Below, piece after piece: positions 12,200 to 22,890 of a stretch of 64,000 bases of DNA; position 1 is the first letter of the stretch; each line of letters begins with the position of its first letter. The notes under the pieces are model-generated. The model saw nothing but the letters and a program-made list of their open reading frames with translations, was not told the origin of the DNA and ran no database searches. The stretch comes from Macrostomum hystrix (lineage: Eukaryota > Animalia > Platyhelminthes): positions 35,092,001-35,156,000 of the forward strand of contig CATNEN010000038.1 of the NCBI GenBank assembly GCA_950097015.1, written 5' to 3'. Made by a program: the position numbers and the translations under genes.

Positions 12200-12990
12200 C
12201 ATCTAGAGATGTCTTTCGGCTCTCATCTTTAGGTGTCAGTCAGTTCTCAAATAGAGATATCTGTCAGTTCTCATCTAGAGTTTTCTGTCAGCTCTCATCT
12301 TTAGGTGTCTGTCAGCTCTCATCTATAGGTGTCTGTCAGCTCTTATCTATAGGTGTCTGTCAGCTCTTATCTATAGGTGTCTGTCAGCTCTCATCTCGAG
12401 ATGTCTGTCAGTTCTCATCTTTAGGTTTTCAGTCAGCTCTCATCTTTAGGTTTTCAGTCAGCTCTCATCTATAGGTGTCTGTCAGCTCTCATCTATAGGT
12501 GTCTGTCAGCTCTCATCTATAGGTGTCTGTCAGCTCTCATCTTTAGGTTTTCTGTCAGTTCTGTCGGTTCATCTTTAGGTGTCTGTCAGCTCTCATCTCG
12601 AGATGTCTGTCAGTTCTCATCTTTCGGTTTTCTGTCAGCTCTCATCTATAGGTGTCTGTCAGTTTTCATTTCGAGATGTCTGTCAGCTCTCATCTTTAGG
12701 TTTTCTGTCAGCTCTTATCTTTAGGTGTCTGTCAGCTCTCATCTTTAGGTTTTCTGTCAGCTCTTATCTTTAGGTGTCTATCAGCTGTCATCTATAGGTT
12801 TTCTGTCAGTTCTGTCGGTTCATCTTTAGGTGTCTGTCAGCTCTCATCTAGAGAAGTCTGTCAGTTCTCACCTAAAGATGATGTCTGTCAGCTCTCATCT
12901 AGAGAAGTCTGTCAGTTCTCACCTAAAGATGATGTCTGTCAGTTCTCACCTAAAGATGATGCCTGTCAGTTCTAATCTAGAGATGTCTGT
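12200..12990. repeat. 24-bp minisatellite
   Basis: Unit tctgtcagctctcatctttaggtg, same family as 19805-20950. Confidence 0.9.
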
Positions 12991-13597
12991 CTTTTTTCGC
13001 CTTAATTAGCCTTCAGAGATCTGTAGAATCGTTCTGCAGTTGTTTGTCAGATTGATATTTGATGCATAACTGTTAATTTAGTCAGATTCAGTTAGAAATC
13101 ACAGTAGAGTTCTCAATAGCCCTGATTATAAACTGGTTGAATAAAATAACAACTCTCTAGATGTAGCCATAGAAGTTCTATACGAAAACTTACAAGGCAA
13201 ATTTCTATGCGAACGTATTATTTAGCTATTAATTCACAGTCGCCCTATCCTCGCCCTATCCTCGCCCTCGCCCTCATATTTGGACTAAGAGTGCGATCTG
13301 CATTTGATGTCGATTTTCAGAAGCCTTTTCTATGCTCTACTTTGTTCTTGTTTTAGCTTACAAATGTAGCCTAATTGAAAGTTGTTGCCAAGTTAACTAG
13401 AGTTAATGGCACCACTTTGATGCTAATCAAAGTGGGACTTTGTTAAAAAATATCTACTGTTCTTTTGAACTCATTACTGATTACCCTGCAGGTAGCCATG
13501 ATAGTATGAAGAATAACTAATTCTCTTAGTTAATTAGTTGTTATAAATATATTTTTATTAACAACAAACCAACCGCGGATTCGAGCTCAGGTGCAAT

Positions 13598-14022
13598 CCC
13601 GCTAAAAAATAGGGATGTTTCTTTGGGTGATTCCAGTTGGAATCTGCGGTGTTTCCAGAAAAATAAAAAGCTGAACGTTGGAAACAGGCCAATCGGATGA
13701 TTCCATGCTTAGAATCTACCCAACTGGGCGTTTTCTCGGTGCTTCTTGGTGGCGAAATGGAATCACCCAAAGAATCCTCCAGTTCGGAAGATTCCATGCT
13801 CAGAAACCGCCGAGGAATCGCCCGTAAAGAATTCTCTTGTTGTCCCATGGGCCACTGGTTCGGGTGATTCTTCGGCGGTTTCCGCACAATTTAATTTACG
13901 GTTACATCGGCTGCTTCCTCGGTGGTTTCTTTAACTCTTGCGAGATAGGGGGGATTTCGGTAGATTCCACTCCTATTTTGCACAAAAAACCCGCCGAAGA
14001 AGCAGCCGAATTTTTCACAGGG
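13598..14022. mobile_element. EnSpm/CACTA-like MITE
   Basis: Imperfect TIRs CCCGCTAAAAAA / TTTTTCACAGGG; AT on both flanks (2-bp TSD); internal ccgccgaRgaa motifs in both orientations. Confidence 0.5.
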
Positions 14023-14046
14023 ATTTAATTAATCACTAATTAACAG

Positions 14047-14150
14047 GTGTGGAGAAAAACTGTAAACTGACCGATTTCGAAATTTCGCCGGATCAAAAGT
14101 ACATCGCATTTATTGGAAAATACGGCGAAGTCTATCTTGTCGACTTTAAG
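14047..14150 (+). CDS. UTP18: UTP18 exon 4 (not in the ORF track)
   Basis: Manual translation GVEKNCKLTDFEISPDQKYIAFIGKYGEVYLVDFK; taacag acceptor, gttagt donor; phases join exons 3 and 5. Confidence 0.85.
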
Positions 14151-14519
14151 GTTAGTTCCTTTTCTTGTAACTCTTTCATAAATTTTTATTTTGCTTGTTT
14201 AATTCAACAGGAAAATGTATGAAATAAATTTTAGCTTAGGGTTTTTGACTAACTCTAACCCCAGATCAGTCCGATTGTTTAGTTAAATCCATCACTAACA
14301 GTTGAACGCTCATCTAGTTTAATTAACATTTTAACTGAAAGCTGCCGCCCTTTCAAGTACTCCCTTTTGCCCAGTACAGCAGTACCCATCTACAGTACCA
14401 ATGCCACTATTCCATTCGCGTCATTTTGCCTCTGTCTACCTCGATGTACTTATTAAAAAACCGGATCTTCTCATGCCAGTACCCTGAACACTTTCAAGTC
14501 ATTTCAAATATTTAGTGAT

Positions 14520-15300
14520 CACAAAATCCACCCACCGAATCCCTGATCCCCATAATCCTAAATAGAATCCCTTATCCCAAAATCTCCCATCCAATCCCTG
14601 ATCCGAATAATGCCAAATCGAATCTGTGATCCTAGAATCCTGGAACCACCAGTAAAATTCCTTATTATAAAATCCCATATCCTGCATCTTAAATCCCCAG
14701 TTTTATTCCTAATCCCAGAATCTCCTAAATAATCCCCAATCCCAGAATCCCCAGATCTAATTCCTGATCCCAGAATCCCAAATCTAATTACTGATCCCAG
14801 AATCCTCAATCTAATTCCTGATCCCAGAACCCTTAATCTAATTACTGATCCCAGAATCCTTAATCTAATTACTGATCCCAGAATCCTTAATCTAATTACT
14901 GATCCCAGAATCCTTAATCTAATTCCTGATTTCAGAATCTTCAGTCGAATTCCTGATCCCAGAATCCCTAAATCTAATTCCTGATCCCAGAATCCCTAAA
15001 TCTAATTCCTGATCCCAGAATCCCTAAATCTAATTCCTGATCCCAGAATCCCTAAATCTAATTCCTGATCCCAGAATCCCTAAATCTAATTCCTAATCCC
15101 AGAATCCCCAATCTAGTTCCTAATCCCAGAATCCCCCAATCTAGTTCCTGATTTCAGAATCTTCAGTCGAATTCCTGATCCCAGAATCCCTAAATATAAT
15201 TCCTGATCCCAGAATCCCCAATCTAGTTCCTAATCCCAGAATCCCCCAATCTAGTTCCTGATCCCTTAATATCCAATCGAACTCCTCATCTCAGAATCCC
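14520..15300. repeat. ~27-28-bp degenerate minisatellite
   Basis: Unit ctaattcctgatcccagaatccctaaat. Confidence 0.9.
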
Positions 15301-15421
15301 TAATTAAATTCAAGATGGCATAATTTCTTATTTATCCCATGTACCTCAGTACCTAATGTAATCCTTGAACCTGAAATCTCCGAATCCTAACAACAGTCAG
15401 TTTTCCCAAACACGTGAGCAG

Positions 15422-15997
15422 ACTCGCAATCGAGTGTGCACTCTGCGCAGTTCCAGTAGCAGCCTGCAATCCTTGGCCTTCAGTCCGGAGGGGGACTATC
15501 TCCTAGCTGGTGGCAGCGACGGTCAGGTGTCGGTGTTCTGCCTGTCTAGCCGGCGCATTCGCTGCACATTCGCCGACCACGGCAGTACTGGCCTAGCCAG
15601 TTTGGCCGCTTCTAGTCGACACATCGCCTGCGGCAGCAGCAGCGGCATTGTGAACCTGTACGGTTGGGACGCGGTGGACGCGGCCAATACTAGCGGGCCA
15701 GTGTCTGAGCCTAAGCCGCAGCGTATAGCTATGAATTTGACAACAGAGTGCAGCTGCCTGCGCTTCCATCCTAGCCAGGAGCTGCTGCTGATGGCCTCCA
15801 GGCAGGAGCCGCAGGCTGTCAGACTGTGGCACCTGGCCGAAGGCGGCGTCATGCAAAATTTCCCGCCTCCAACTGTGCGGCACTACCTGGCCGCTGTGCA
15901 TTCGGCTGATTTCTCACCCGGCGGCGGTTATATGTGCCTCGGCCAGCACACTGGGCGGGCCGCCATGTTTCGACTGTCGCACTACGACAATTATTAA
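15422..15997 (+). CDS. UTP18: UTP18 exon 5 (terminal)
   Basis: WD40 repeats IACGSSSGIVNLY, NLTT...LRFHP, NFP, FSPGGGYMCLG...MFRLSHYDNY, matching the UTP18 C-terminus. Confidence 0.92.
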   Translation, partial: TRNRVCTLRSSSSSLQSLAFSPEGDYLLAGGSDGQVSVFCLSSRRIRCTFADHGSTGLASLAASSRHIACGSSSGIVNLYGWDAVDAANTSGPVSEPKPQRIAMNLTTECSCLRFHPSQELLLMASRQEPQAVRLWHLAEGGVMQNFPPPTVRHYLAAVHSADFSPGGGYMCLGQHTGRAAMFRLSHYDNY

Positions 15998-16304
15998 CTA
16001 GTTTCTGTGCTCTTCTATCTTCTTTTATTATAAAAGCTTGATTGCTAAGTAAAGAAAATGTAATTTGCATTTCTAATGCTTGTGCGCGTCTGTTTTTAGC
16101 GTGTCTCTAGGAGTAAAATATTGACCTTAGAGCTTTTACGAGCTAATAGTGGGGATAAAAAGAACTAGCCGTCGATGGGGCTTCCCCGTCCCCTCTCTGC
16201 GTCTGAGAGCTGTATTGATTTGGCTATGCGGCTGTGACAATTACTGCCCTCTTCATTTCTCGCTTACCGTCTGCCCTTCTGACCGTCTAACCTTCCCACA
16301 TTTC

Positions 16305-16572
16305 TGTCTGCCTGATGCCCGCCTCTCCTGTCTGTCTGTCTCTCCTTATCTGTCTCCTGTCTGTCTGTCTGTCTGTCTCTCCTTATCTGTCTCCTGTCTG
16401 TCTGTCTGTCTGTCTCTCCTTATCTGTCTCCTGTCTGTCTGTCTGTCTGTCTCTCCTTATCTGTCTGTCTGTCTGTCTGTCTCTCCTTATCTGTCTCCTG
16501 TCTGTCTGTCTGTCTGTCCTTATCTGTCTCCTGTCTGTCGGTCTGTCAGTACTTATGTCTCCTGTCTGTCTG
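16305..16572. repeat. (CTGT)n-based compound microsatellite
   Basis: ctgt runs interrupted by ctccttat. Confidence 0.9.
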
Positions 16573-17179
16573 CTTGACTTACTTCCTGTTTTCAAACGTT
16601 CAGATTTTAAGCAGCTAGTGAAATTATTATTGATTTCGACAGCTTCAGAAAATGTAAAGAATATACGCTGCCGAATGTAGAAAGTATTTTGGCGCTTAAT
16701 TTCAATCGTATCCTGTTTCAACAATCGCGTGCCGTTTTCCCTGTTTTCGGCCTTTGAAAAATATTTCTCTTCCGCTGTTTTGATTCTAGTTTTAAATTGG
16801 CCAGAAATGAGAATCAAGGAAATTAATAGGAAGTTTCGTGATATTGAATGCTATTTTTGAACTTTTTTGGCAGCCTAATGATTTCTACCTATAACAGTCT
16901 GCTTCAACACCTGTGTGTAATCTGTATTACAGAATGGAGGATACTAGAGACTGGGAAAATAATGGACACTAGGCGGTGTGTGTGGCTAGCAGTTTCTATA
17001 TACTTTACAACTAGTCCTCCGCAAATGAGGACAGACAAGTCTGCTAAAAAATTGGAATGAGTAGAAATAAACTGGTGTTTGACGTTCGCTTTTTGGAGCA
17101 CAGCTTTTGTCAAATAGTTTTTGCCTTGCCTCAATGCTTTGTTTTTACAGTTTTTTTTCATTGTTGTTTGCTGCTAAAG

Positions 17180-17515
17180 CTGGGTGTTAGTTTAGCTCTG
17201 GAAAGTTTAGAGTCCAATATAATGTCACGAGGTCTTGAGTTCGAATCCCTGTCCATGGACTGTATAGCTGTACGACCAGCCAGCGAGGAGGCAATTCTAT
17301 CAGTTCCGCTGACTCCTGAGCACACACGCCTGACGATGAGAAAGTCAGGGCAGATGTACACACCTGTGTGAGCGTGTGCCTGCGTACGGTATCTGTGCGC
17401 GTGTGCTCAGGAGTCAGCGAATGGGCAGAATTGCCTTCTCGCTGGCTGCGGGTCTAGTGTCACCAAATTATGTGCCATTGCCTGCAGCCCTCCTACAATT
17501 AATATTCTTATTACT
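17180..17515 (+). mobile_element. SINE-like retroelement, copy B, with tRNA-like head and fold-back
   Basis: B-box-like GAGTTCGAATCC at ~17237-17248; inverted repeat arms 17277-17329 and 17397-17448; 3' body shared with copies A and C. Confidence 0.7.
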
Positions 17516-18079
17516 ACGTATTTTCCATTATCGTTCTAATTGTCTTTTAAGGTGACTGTGTTTTTGTGTCTTGCTAATAATATATCAGACAGGAATAAAT
17601 GGGAATGGGAATTAATGTGGGTGTCAGGATAGATGATAAATTTAGTCAATTTAATCAAAGTCTTTTTCTGCCCACTCAAATACAAGAAATTCAATAACCT
17701 ATTGAAATTTATGGCGTGACAGAGCTATTACCATTTTTCCATCAATTCAAGGGCGTCGACTTGTCAACAGTTGTTAGAAGCATTCATTTAGACACGCCCG
17801 CATATGGACTTCAGCAGCTGTTTAATCCTTGTCAATAGACTGGCTGGAGACAATATTATAATCTGAAGCTTGACTGTAGAATGATGTTTGCACTTTAAAC
17901 ACTTTTATAGTTATAGGGGAAATGTTAAGCCTTGCCATCTCAAAGCGTGGGCTCAACTAGTTTAATAAAAAATTGCACGACGCATGAAATAACAGAGAAC
18001 GCTGTATTCAATCGGCATTAGTATTATGTCTATGCATCCTTAATTATAATGCACTATTTATTTGGATTCAGAGACTCAA

Positions 18080-18505
18080 ATCACGTGACCACCGTTCCCT
18101 AAACCGTCTTTCGAGAATCTATATTTTAGTCAACACGTGACCACCGATCTTTTAGTCATCACGTGACCACCGATCTTCTAGTATCACGTGACCACCGATC
18201 TTCTTGTCATCACGTGACCTCCAATCTTTTAGTCAGCACGTGACCACCGATCTTCTAGTATCACGTGACCACCTATCTTCTTGTCATCACGTGACCTCCA
18301 ATCTTTTAGTCATCACGTGACCACCGATCTTCTAGTCATCACGTGACCCCCAATCTTCTTGTCATCACGTGACCTCCAATCTTTTAGTCAGCACGTGACC
18401 ACCGATCTTTTATTCATCGCGTGACCACCGATCTTCTAGTCATTACGTGACCACCGATCTTCTAGTCATTACGTGACCACCGATCTTCTAGTCATTACGT
18501 GACCG
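18080..18505. repeat. 25-26-bp minisatellite containing TCACGTGAC
   Basis: Unit tcacgtgaccaccgatcttctagtca. Confidence 0.9.
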
Positions 18506-18593
18506 CCGTGAATTGAAACCCCGAGTAGTACCTTATCAGTTTTGCTGCTATGCTATTGGTAATTAAATAATTTATCGTTGTATTGTCTTTTAG

Positions 18594-18968
18594 CAGAGCA
18601 GTAACAACAGCGGCTCGGTCAGCGGCAGTCGCCGTCCCGTTGGTGGCAGCGCCAGCGCCAGCCCGCTGCTGCATCGCCTCATCACCAGGCAGGACTGCGT
18701 TGATGCAGCTCAGGCCCTGCTGTGCCGTCTAGGCGGCGCCATCAGAGTTAGCGAGGCCAGCAATACCACCAACACTACTTCTGAAGAGGACGACGACGAA
18801 GATTGGGACTCATCTTCTTTGTCGATCGGTTCAGCTTACCAGAGGCGGCATTCGTTTGATAATCACTCCAACTTCTCATTGTCTTCGGCGTCCGCCGCTT
18901 CGCTGCAAGCTCAGGCGGTGGGACGTCGAGGAACAACTGGACGACAGCGTCAGCCGCCGCCAACAAAG
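18594..18968 (+). CDS. F-box protein gene, first detected exon (no in-frame ATG)
   Basis: Acceptor tttttagcag, open frame QSSNNSGSVSG...EEDDDEDWDSSSLSIGSAYQ...PPPTK, donor AAG|gttgg, phase 0. Confidence 0.6.
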
Positions 18969-18996
18969 GTTGGCTTCGAAGAACTAATGGAAATGG

Positions 18997-19193
18997 ACAG
19001 CTAGGAGTAGGGGTCATCTAACTACTGGAAACGGTAGTCACGTGACAGCTAGGAGTAGGGGTCATCTAACTACTGGAAACGGTAGTCACGTGACAGCTAG
19101 GAGTAGGGGTCATCTAACTACTGGAAACGGTAGTCACGTGACAGCTAGGAGTAGGGGTCATCCAACTGCTAGAAACGGTAGTCACGTGACAGC
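18997..19193. repeat. 48-bp tandem repeat x4 containing GTCACGTGAC
   Basis: Unit gacagctaggagtaggggtcatctaactactggaaacggtagtcacgt. Confidence 0.9.
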
Positions 19194-19272
19194 TTGGAAT
19201 CGGTTGTATCAATGGAAGAATCTTGTGGATGGGCAGTTTGTAAACTGAACTGAACTAAATATAACTTTTTAG

Positions 19273-19764
19273 TTGTCGCATTCAGAGGCCGTCGATCACG
19301 TGACGGTCTCGCCGCTGCCCGCCCTGCCAGATTCAGTCCTGGCTCACATCCTGTCCTTCACTGATCCGGCCACGAAGCTGACTATTCTGGAAGACGTGCC
19401 AGAGCTTCGCGACCTGGTGTTCCTTCACAGCGTGTGGCGCTGCGACCTCATCGACCTGTCGTTTCTGACCTACGACAGCGCCGTATATCGTCGCAGCGTC
19501 CTGCGTCACGGCATTAAACTGCTCATGCGCATGGGACGCTACCTGCGGCATCTTCGCCTGACGATCACCAATGATCACTTCTATACGGCTGCTAGACTGA
19601 ATCACGCCCTGCTGCGAGCTGTCATCGCTTACTGCCCCAATGTGCAGTCAATTCAACTGCTGCTCAAATGGAGCGAGGATGTTGGCATCGGCGAAGAGCT
19701 GGACGCCGACACTGACTGCCTATTAAAGCTGCTGGACTGTCTGCTTAGCCGGTGTCGTGGACTG
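19273..19764 (+). CDS. F-box protein exon containing the F-box domain
   Basis: LPALPDSVLAHILSFTD...VWR F-box consensus followed by LRR-like GRYLRHLRL, CPNVQSIQL; tttttag acceptor, CTG|gttggt donor. Confidence 0.8.
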
Positions 19765-19804
19765 GTTGGTTGCTCAGTGTTTTTTGATAAAACGTAGTGA
19801 TTAA

Positions 19805-20950
19805 GATCTGTCAGCTCTCATCTTTAGGTGTCTGTCAGCTCTTATCTTTAGAGGTCTGTCAGCTCTCATCTTTAGGTGTCTGTCAGCTCTCATCTTTAGG
19901 TGTCTGTCAGTTCTTATCTTTAGGTGTCTCTCAGTTCTTATCTTTAGGTGTCTGTCAGCTCTTATCTTTAGGTGTCTGTCAGTTCTTATCTTTAGAGGTC
20001 TGTCCTGTCAGCTCTTATCTTTAGGTGTCTGTCGGCTCTTATCTTTAGGTGTCTGTCAGTTCTCATCTTTAGGTGTCTGTCAGCTCTCATCTTTAGAGGT
20101 CTGTCAGCTCTCATCTTTAGGTGTCTGTCAGCTCTCATCTTTAGGTGTCTGTCAGTTCTTATCTTTAGGTGTCTCTCAGTTCTTATCTTTAGGTGTCTGT
20201 CAGCTCTTATCTTTAGGTGTCTGTCAGTTCTTATCTTTAGAGGTCTGTCCTGTCAGCTCTTATCTTTAGGTGTCTTTCGGCTCTTATCTTTAGGTGTCTG
20301 TCAGTTCTCATCTTTAGGTGTCTGTCAGCTCTCATCTTTAGGTGTCTGACAGTTCTTATCTTTAGGTGTCTGTCAGCTCTTATCTTTAGGTGTCTGTCAG
20401 TTCTTATCTTTAGGTGTCTGTCAGTTCTTATCTTTAGAGGTCTGTCAGTTCTTATCTTTAGGTGTCTGTCGGCTCTCATCTTTAGGTGTCTGTCAGTTCT
20501 TATCTTTAGGTGTCTGTCAGCTCTTATCTTTAGGTGTCTGTCAGTTCTCATCTTTAGGTGTCTGTCAGCTCTCATCTTTAGGTGTCTGACAGTTCTTATC
20601 TTTAGGTGTCTGTCAGCTCTTATCTTTAGGTGTCTGTCAGCTCTTATCTTTAGGTGTCTGTCAGCTCTCATCTTTAGGTGTCTGTCAGCTCTCATCTTTA
20701 GGTGTCTGTCAGTTCTTATCTTTAGAGGTCTGTCAGTTCTTATCTTTAGGTGTCTGTCAGTTCTTATCTTTAGAGGTCTGTCAGCTCTCATCTTTAGGTG
20801 TCTGTCAGCTCTTATCTTTAGGTGTCTGTCAGTTTTTATCTGTACGTGTTTATCAGTTCTTATCTTTAGGTGTCTGTCAGTTCATATCTGTAGGTGTCTG
20901 TCAGCTCTTACCTGTAGGTGTCTCTTAGCTCTCATCTTTTGGTGTCTGTC
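19805..20950. repeat. 24-bp minisatellite
   Basis: Unit tctgtcagctctYatctttaggtg. Confidence 0.95.
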
Positions 20951-21534
20951 GACTCTCATCGAGATATGCCTGTCAGAGGACTTCTCACGAGAGATTATAC
21001 AGGTAGATATTAGGCAGTAGTAAAGTAGATATGGTAGATTAGATGCTCTAAGAGGTGCGCGGGCCGGAGGTTGCCGATCACTTCACTGGTCAGACAAGGT
21101 TGCGTAGATAGTTCAGGGCAAACTAAGAGTTTTCAAACAAACAGCCATCAATTTATCTATTTAGATATAAATCTAGTTAATATCCTCAGCTTTTTCCGAC
21201 ACTGAATGACAGATATTCGTCAATGCTCTGTGTGACGTTAACTTTTCTTTGTACCACCCCATGGGGTCGGTGCTATAAATAGATGTGCGTAGTCCTGAGA
21301 GGCCGTGCGTTTTTTGGACCTCCGTGGCTCAACCTGGAGCTTGTGAATCGTGTCCCTCATTCTTAATTGATTAAGAGAATGCAACACTCTGCTTTAAAAA
21401 GTCCCTTTGGCACCAAATGCGCAACTAAAAGCGGCTAAAAAGCAGAGCGTACTCTACTCTGACGGACTGCAGCTTGAGGTCTTACGAGGTCTTAATTACA
21501 AACTTAGGACTATCGGAGTCAGATTAGAGAGAAA

Positions 21535-21890
21535 CTCACTGGCGGAAAGAAATGGGGTGGTATTAGTGGCGGAAAGAAATGGGGTGTCTGTCACTGGCAG
21601 AGAGAAATGGGGTGGGTGTCACTGGCGGAGAGAAATGGGGTGGTATTAGTGGCGGAAAAAATGGGCTGGCTGTCACTGGCAGAGAGAAATAGGGTGGTAT
21701 CAGTGGCGGAAAGAAATGGGGTGGGTGTCACTGGCAGAGAGAAATGGGGTGGTATCAGTGGCGGAAAGAAATGGGGTGGGTGTCACTGGCAGAGAGAAAT
21801 GGGGTGGTATCAGTGGCGGAAAGAAATGGGGTGGGTGTCACTGGCGGAGAGAAATGGGGTGGGTGTCACTGGCGGAGAGAAAGGGGTGTT
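21535..21890. repeat. G-rich composite tandem repeat
   Basis: Alternating gtcactggcagagagaaatggggtgg / tatcagtggcggaaagaaatggggtgg. Confidence 0.85.
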
Positions 21891-21962
21891 AGTAGTGTAG
21901 AGAAATTTTGGTCTGCGTGGCGAAAGTCAGGCACTACAATCCGCTTTTTTAATTTTTGACAG

Positions 21963-22283
21963 GTAAGCGTCAACTGCTCTCACAGCAGCCTGTCGGTCAC
22001 CTGCGCCATAGTCCGCTGTCTGCACAATCGGCTGCCAGAGCGGTGCCTCTCGCTGCAGTGCGTGCCGTTCTTTAAGCCGCACAGTCCATCGGAATCCGCC
22101 CGCCTGCCGAGGCTAACTCCCCAGCTAGCTAGCCGATTAACTTCGCTGCGTCATCTCACTGTTAGCTACCTGTGGAATAATGCTCACGAGGCGGCACTGA
22201 TGTGGCTAGCTACTAGAGGTTGCTTGAAAAGCCTCACGGTTGACACTGGCTTTATGTCACGCTACCAGCATCAAAGCAACTGG
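21963..22283 (+). CDS. F-box protein exon 3 (LRR-like)
   Basis: ttttgacag acceptor, VSVNCSHSS...LTSLRHLTVSYLW...LKSLTVD, TGG|gtgagt donor, phase 0. Confidence 0.75.
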
Positions 22284-22342
22284 GTGAGTTCTTTCTTTCT
22301 TTTTTTGCGACATGATTTGTATTCTGATCCGTGCGTGGTTAG

Positions 22343-22483
22343 AACGTAAAATTAGATTGAGTCATTACATGACCTTCAATCCCTGATCATTACATGACAT
22401 TCAATCCCTGATCATTACATGACATTCAATCCATGATCATTACATGACATTCAATCCCTGATCATTACATGACATTCAATCCC
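22343..22483. repeat. 25-bp satellite, left remnant
   Basis: Unit gatcattacatgacattcaatccct; resumes at 28846. Confidence 0.9.
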
Positions 22484-22890
22484 TGTGATGTGTGTTTGTC
22501 AAGACACGTTTATTGTGCGTATTTAGTGCATTGGCAAGTTCAAAGGTTCTTAATGAATCTGAAAGTATTCTCGAGGTCTTCAAAGGAAAGGGAAGATAGA
22601 TTAACGCCATGGACATAACTGTAACAGCTTGAGCTTGTGGGAGAATGTTGACATTTGAAAAGTCTGTGGTTGAAACCACAGCAAACGAACTTGTGGGGAA
22701 AAGTACAACAGAGAGGGATTGATCGATACCTACAACGCCAAACAAGACCAACGCTAAAAGTGGGCTTCAATGCACAACATGCCCTCCTCCGATAGTGAAC
22801 TTCATTCTGCGTTCCCTTGCCTAGACTAATTTATGTCTATTAAGATTGAACATTGTCTCGAGTAGCAGTGGCAGTAGCGAAGTATTCAAT

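Noticed and set aside
17180-17255. Possible tRNA gene
   Set aside because: Only a B-box/T-arm-like part is convincing and there is no full cloverleaf; treated as a SINE head
17410-17460. GCCTYCTCGCTGGC and GCGAATGGG resemble HDV ribozyme L3 and J4/2
   Set aside because: The pieces are in the wrong order and there is no upstream P1/P2 partner; a covariance-model search would be needed to revive the idea
21000-21530. Possible solo LTR (TGTGACG start, TATAAAT)
   Set aside because: No matching ACA end, TSD or second copy identified
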